DNA from: Candidatus Ratteibacteria bacterium
GTDB taxonomy: Bacteria; Ratteibacteria; UBA8468; B48-G9; DTJG01
Direction: 5' to 3'
NCBI GenBank assembly: GCA_049971295.1
Contig: JBMFLH010000063.1
Span: 1-10,283 of the forward strand
DNA: 10,283 nucleotides
Shown: positions 6,653 to 10,283 of the stretch, piece after piece
Position numbering within the stretch: position 1 is the stretch's first letter
How the letters are laid out: each line of letters opens with the position of its first letter
Notes under the pieces: model-generated
Database searches by the model: none
What the model saw: the letters and a program-made list of their open reading frames with translations, nothing else
Told to the model about the DNA's origin: nothing
Program-made: the position numbers and the translations under genes

Positions 6653-8581
6653 TCAGGTGAGTTGCAAAACACAACAACTTTCAATATGCGGGGTATGGGG
6701 AAATAAGTCAATAGGCACAACCGTCTGTAAAACATATCCTGCCTGACCAAACAAAAAAATGTCCCTTGCAAGAGTTGCTGGATTACAGGAAACATAAATG
6801 ACATTTTTTATGCCTATTTTCAAGATTTGATGTATTGCTTTTTTACTCAATCCACCGCGCGGGGGATCAACTATGAGGAGATCGTACCTTAAAGAACTGG
6901 ATTGCGTTTTTTTCAGAAATTGTTCTGCGGACATATCGTAAAATCTGCAGTTGGTGATATTATTGATTTTGCAATTTTCTTTTGCTGCTTCTATATTTAC
7001 AGGATTATTGTCAACGCCTGTGACTTCGTTACAGATACGGGATAGAAAAATTTCAATCGGAGCGCTACCACAGAAAAGACCCAGCACAGAGTTTGGTTTG
7101 ATCTCTTCAGATAGAAGAGATATTGTTTCATATAATTTCGAGGCACCAACGGTATTGGGCTGAAAAAATATTTCCGGATAAATGACAAATTTGAAATTTT
7201 CAATTTTTTCTTCGATATATGGTTTACCAAAAATTAGATGTTTTTTCCCAAAATTTACAACATCAGAAATCTGGTCGTTCTCAACCCACCAGAACGAAAC
7301 AATATCAGGCACAGCATTTATTAATTCCTCCACAAATTTTTTAAGATTAGTCACAGGACCTGACCTTGTGATAAAGATAAGCATCAATTGGTTAGTTGTT
7401 TTAGAATGTCTCATTACAAGATGGCGAACAAATCCTTTTTTTGTTAATGGGTTATACGGTTCAAGATTATTCTTATCCACAAATTCAATGACCGGTGGAA
7501 ATATACTTTTCACTATTTTTGAAAAGATAGCACATTCATCAACTCTATTCACAAGCGCCCTATATTTTTTTATCGGGTGTTGTCTTTCTCTTAGTCCAAG
7601 AACAAGTTTTTTATTGTGCCTGCCAAAGGCAAACTCCATTTTGTTTCTGTAAAAATAGATATCGGGTGATGGAATAACTGGGCGAAAATCAACATTTAAC
7701 TTGACTTTACCGATTCTTGTCAGAGTTTCAATGAGATATCTTTTTTTCAGTTCAATTTGATAGTTGTAATCAATGTTTTGAAAGGAGCAACCGCCGCATA
7801 TTCCAAAATGAGGACATACTGGCTCCACTCTATATTTTGATTGTTTCTTTATTCCACAATTTTTTGCATATGAAAAATCCGGTTTGTTTTTTATTGTTTG
7901 AATCCAGACACTGTCTCCGGGAACAGCATTGTCCACAAACACAATTTTGTTGTTATATTTTCCTACACCCCATCTATTGGGAAAGGCTATATCATGTATT
8001 TCTGTTTCAACAAGATTATTAAATTGAGTAAGCATATTTTTCAGTTTTTCAACCGGCAGTCCGACAACATTGTCAAAATCACCTTTAATTTCTTCGACAA
8101 AGTCATCATTTACTTCTTGAACTGCATATCCACCTGCTTTATCATAGAATGTCCGTTTTGCAAGATAAGATTTTATTTGTTCTTCATTTAATTTTTTAAA
8201 TTTTACCAAAGTGGTTTCGAAATCCGATAGAATTTTATTTTCATAGGGATTAAAAAGACAAACACCGGTTATCACCCTGTGATATGTGCCAGAAAGAAGA
8301 TGCATGTATTTACAAGCGGTCTCATAATTATCAGGCTTGCCAAGGATCCGATCATTAATAACAACGATTGTATCTGCGGCAATGACAACGCAATTTTTCT
8401 TTTGTAATTTATCCCCAACATTTTTTGCTTTTCTTTCTGCATTCAAAATCGCAATCAATTCTGGCTCAAGATCTTGATCCAGTTTTTCGTTTACATCAGG
8501 TATTATTACATCAAAAGCGAGAAAAATCTTCGTCAATAACTGCCTTCTTCTTTCAGATTGTGACGCAAGTACAATATTCAT
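6653..8581 (-). CDS. maf-rlmD: Fusion of a Maf (YhdE-type) nucleoside triphosphate pyrophosphatase and an RlmD/TrmA-family RNA (uracil-C5)-methyltransferase, about 642 aa
   Basis: Maf part (8581 to about 8021): IVLASQSERRRQLL, AADTIV, LGKP, HRVITGV, DKAGGYAVQ, NVVGLP. RlmD part: TRAM-like segment, CPHFGICGGC plus distal Cys (DECAI), YRNKMEF, FFQPN, DPPRGG, YVSCNPATLARD, DLFPHTPHIE. One continuous frame; alternative GTG start at 8590. Confidence 0.93.
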   Translation of the reverse strand: MNIVLASQSERRRQLLTKIFLAFDVIIPDVNEKLDQDLEPELIAILNAERKAKNVGDKLQKKNCVVIAADTIVVINDRILGKPDNYETACKYMHLLSGTYHRVITGVCLFNPYENKILSDFETTLVKFKKLNEEQIKSYLAKRTFYDKAGGYAVQEVNDDFVEEIKGDFDNVVGLPVEKLKNMLTQFNNLVETEIHDIAFPNRWGVGKYNNKIVFVDNAVPGDSVWIQTIKNKPDFSYAKNCGIKKQSKYRVEPVCPHFGICGGCSFQNIDYNYQIELKKRYLIETLTRIGKVKLNVDFRPVIPSPDIYFYRNKMEFAFGRHNKKLVLGLRERQHPIKKYRALVNRVDECAIFSKIVKSIFPPVIEFVDKNNLEPYNPLTKKGFVRHLVMRHSKTTNQLMLIFITRSGPVTNLKKFVEELINAVPDIVSFWWVENDQISDVVNFGKKHLIFGKPYIEEKIENFKFVIYPEIFFQPNTVGASKLYETISLLSEEIKPNSVLGLFCGSAPIEIFLSRICNEVTGVDNNPVNIEAAKENCKINNITNCRFYDMSAEQFLKKTQSSSLRYDLLIVDPPRGGLSKKAIHQILKIGIKNVIYVSCNPATLARDIFLFGQAGYVLQTVVPIDLFPHTPHIESCCVLQLT

Positions 8582-8595
8582 CGAACCCACTTTTG

Positions 8596-8623
8596 TTGAC
8601 TAACAAGTTTAAAATTATACAAT
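8596..8623 (+). promoter_or_regulatory. Candidate sigma70-type promoter for the ferritin-like gene
   Basis: TTGACT (8596-8601), 16 nt, TACAAT (8618-8623), in the divergent intergenic region. Confidence 0.55.
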
Positions 8624-8631
8624 ATATTATA
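8614..8631 (-). promoter_or_regulatory. Two TATAAT hexamers, candidate -10 elements for maf-rlmD
   Basis: Minus-strand TATAAT at 8631-8626 and 8619-8614. No convincing -35 for either. Confidence 0.4.
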
Positions 8632-8648
8632 AACCATGATTGCCACAC

Positions 8649-8658
8649 GGGGGGGGGG
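8649..8658 (+). repeat. G10 homopolymer tract at the translation initiation region of the ferritin-like gene
   Basis: Ten consecutive G residues followed by AA ATG GTG TTG. Confidence 0.85.
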
Positions 8659-8660
8659 AA

Positions 8661-9161
8661 ATGGTGTTGAAATACTTGAATGAGGATGAGCTTTTCAAGG
8701 TTGCAATGAATATTGAAGAACAGGGAATTGAATTTTATCAGAATGCATTTAATCAAGCATCTATATCTGAAGCAAAAGAAATATTTCAATTTCTTTGCGG
8801 TGAAGAAAAACGTCATTATGAAGTATTCAAAAAAATGGATAATGATGTACAGGGGATAAAATTCAGACCAGAAGCAATAGACGAAGAAATTTCGCTTTAT
8901 CTGAGAAGCCTTGTGGACTCAGGGATATTTGAAAATATTGTGTCCAGAAATCAGTGGAAAGACATTACTGATAAACAGGCGCTGAATATAGGCATACAAG
9001 TTGAAAAAACATCCATTTTATTTTACGATGGCATACGCCATATCACAGAGGATCCAACAGCTGGCGTAGCTCTTGACAAAATTATTGCTGAAGAAAGATC
9101 GCACCTTATCAAATTGACAACATTGTGGAAAGAGCTTCGAAAGCAATTTAGTAGATTTTAA
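8661..9161 (+). CDS. Rubrerythrin-type ferritin-like diiron protein lacking a rubredoxin domain, about 166 aa
   Basis: Two repeated helical halves: AMNIEEQGIEFY..EEKRH and GIQVEKTSILFY..EERSH. No CxxC pairs. The start is uncertain (8640, 8661, 8664 or 8667). Confidence 0.9.
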   Translation: MVLKYLNEDELFKVAMNIEEQGIEFYQNAFNQASISEAKEIFQFLCGEEKRHYEVFKKMDNDVQGIKFRPEAIDEEISLYLRSLVDSGIFENIVSRNQWKDITDKQALNIGIQVEKTSILFYDGIRHITEDPTAGVALDKIIAEERSHLIKLTTLWKELRKQFSRF

Positions 9162-10283
9162 TAAGTTTCCAGGGGAAAAAGTCAAGGGTTAACATTCCGA
9201 GTTTGGTTTCACCACCAACAAAAACAAATTCAGGGTTTTCCAGAATTGAATATGGCAACTTTATTGTGTACAGTTTATTGTTTTTATTAACAATTGCCTG
9301 CCTTGTGGAAATTTTTCTGTTTCCATTTAAAATGGTAATTGCTCCGTCAAGCGCTATATTCACAACAATCTTGGGCATCAGTGAAAATGGAACTCCTTGA
9401 TTCCAGCCATAAACATACAATTTTACGCCAAATTCTTTTTCAATCACTTTTTTATCAAACATCAGGTCAAATATCAAATTATTCTGGTCATAAGTAAGCT
9501 TCAGATTGTAGACCTTGCTATGCTTGAGACTTTCCTCTTCTATGATCTCGTCCTGCGCTGTCGCTTCAAATGAAAATTCAGATTTAGTGTTTTTCATAAA
9601 TACAAAAGCAGGAATTTTTTGAAAAATCTCATTCTTCCTTAAAAATGAGAACATCCAGTTTTTGCGGCCTATCAATTGGGATTTAAAACAATCAAGACCG
9701 AGCAATTTATTTTGTATCTGACCGGAACTAAGATTAAAAAATACCCAGGAATTTTTCTCATTAAATGTAGCAGGAGGTAGTAATAAATCATTAGGAAACA
9801 AACCCTCTGGGCTTGGCCATCTTCTGGCATGCACCAGGTAGCAATAAACCTCAGGACTGTATAAATCTTTACAATCAAGAAGTGCCAGTTGAACAAAGTT
9901 AAACAAAGCTCTATGGTCAGGATTCAAATCTGAAGGATGACTAACAAATATTTTTGATGGTTTCACTCTTTTTAAAATTTTTACAATGTCTGATTGTATA
10001 TTTTCCGGAATGTATGCATTTCCATAGGTGGGATTATCTTTATATGGAACAAAATTAACACGGGTGAAAAAATTTCTAAATGGTTTTTTTGCGTTCCAGT
10101 AATCCCTCCACATATGAAGTGTACCAGAATCAGGATAACCAAGGAAAATAAGATTTTCGGCAGGCACTCCACAAATCTGAGTTGCTTTCGTTGACTCCTT
10201 TCTTCTTACTTCACCCATTTTCAAATAATCAGAAGGATTCAAAATTAATTTTCTTTCGTATGCTTTGAAAGCAAACTGATTAT
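9148..10283 (-). CDS. PIG-L/LmbE-family deacetylase with a C-terminal extension (5' end outside the window)
   Basis: GEVRRKES..LIFLGYPDSG and HPSDLNPDHRA motifs. The frame stays open past 10242 to the window edge (..NQFAFKAYERKLILNPSD..), so the N-terminal HxDD motif is not visible. Confidence 0.85.
   Translation of the reverse strand, partial: NQFAFKAYERKLILNPSDYLKMGEVRRKESTKATQICGVPAENLIFLGYPDSGTLHMWRDYWNAKKPFRNFFTRVNFVPYKDNPTYGNAYIPENIQSDIVKILKRVKPSKIFVSHPSDLNPDHRALFNFVQLALLDCKDLYSPEVYCYLVHARRWPSPEGLFPNDLLLPPATFNEKNSWVFFNLSSGQIQNKLLGLDCFKSQLIGRKNWMFSFLRKNEIFQKIPAFVFMKNTKSEFSFEATAQDEIIEEESLKHSKVYNLKLTYDQNNLIFDLMFDKKVIEKEFGVKLYVYGWNQGVPFSLMPKIVVNIALDGAITILNGNRKISTRQAIVNKNNKLYTIKLPYSILENPEFVFVGGETKLGMLTLDFFPWKLIKIY

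Noticed and set aside
6850..6867. GC-rich imperfect palindrome ATCCACCGCGCGGGGGAT as a terminator
   Set aside because: It is explained by the codons of the conserved DPPRGG motif and has no adjacent U-tract.
7182..7652. 156-aa + strand ORF
   Set aside because: It is fully antisense to the conserved RlmD domain and has no recognisable features.
10240..10242. TTG start for the PIG-L gene
   Set aside because: The frame is open to the window edge and the essential N-terminal metal motif is missing, so the real start is outside the window.
1..10283. CRISPR array, tRNA/rRNA, IS/prophage or recognised anti-phage system
   Set aside because: Intergenic gaps are all under about 80 bp. No spaced repeats, transposase, integrase or nuclease motifs were seen, and the kinase has no visible defence-type partner.

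Overview
A densely packed, AT-rich bacterial window with no RNA genes, CRISPR array or mobile element visible. In order: the probable 3' tail of an upstream gene, a soluble Hanks-type Ser/Thr kinase (+), a stand-alone ispF (-), and a four-gene + strand cluster of poorly characterised envelope proteins. That cluster encodes a two-TM membrane protein, two signal-peptide beta-propeller-like proteins and a large exported Cys-His-Asp transglutaminase-like protein. It is followed by a single-ORF fusion of a YhdE-type Maf pyrophosphatase to an RlmD/TrmA-type RNA m5U methyltransferase (-), a rubrerythrin-type ferritin-like protein preceded by a G10 tract (+), and an N-terminally truncated PIG-L/LmbE deacetylase (-). 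The best candidates for something new are the Maf-RlmD fusion and the propeller/transglutaminase-like cluster. All calls are from visual motif recognition; no searches were run, so novelty is unverified.
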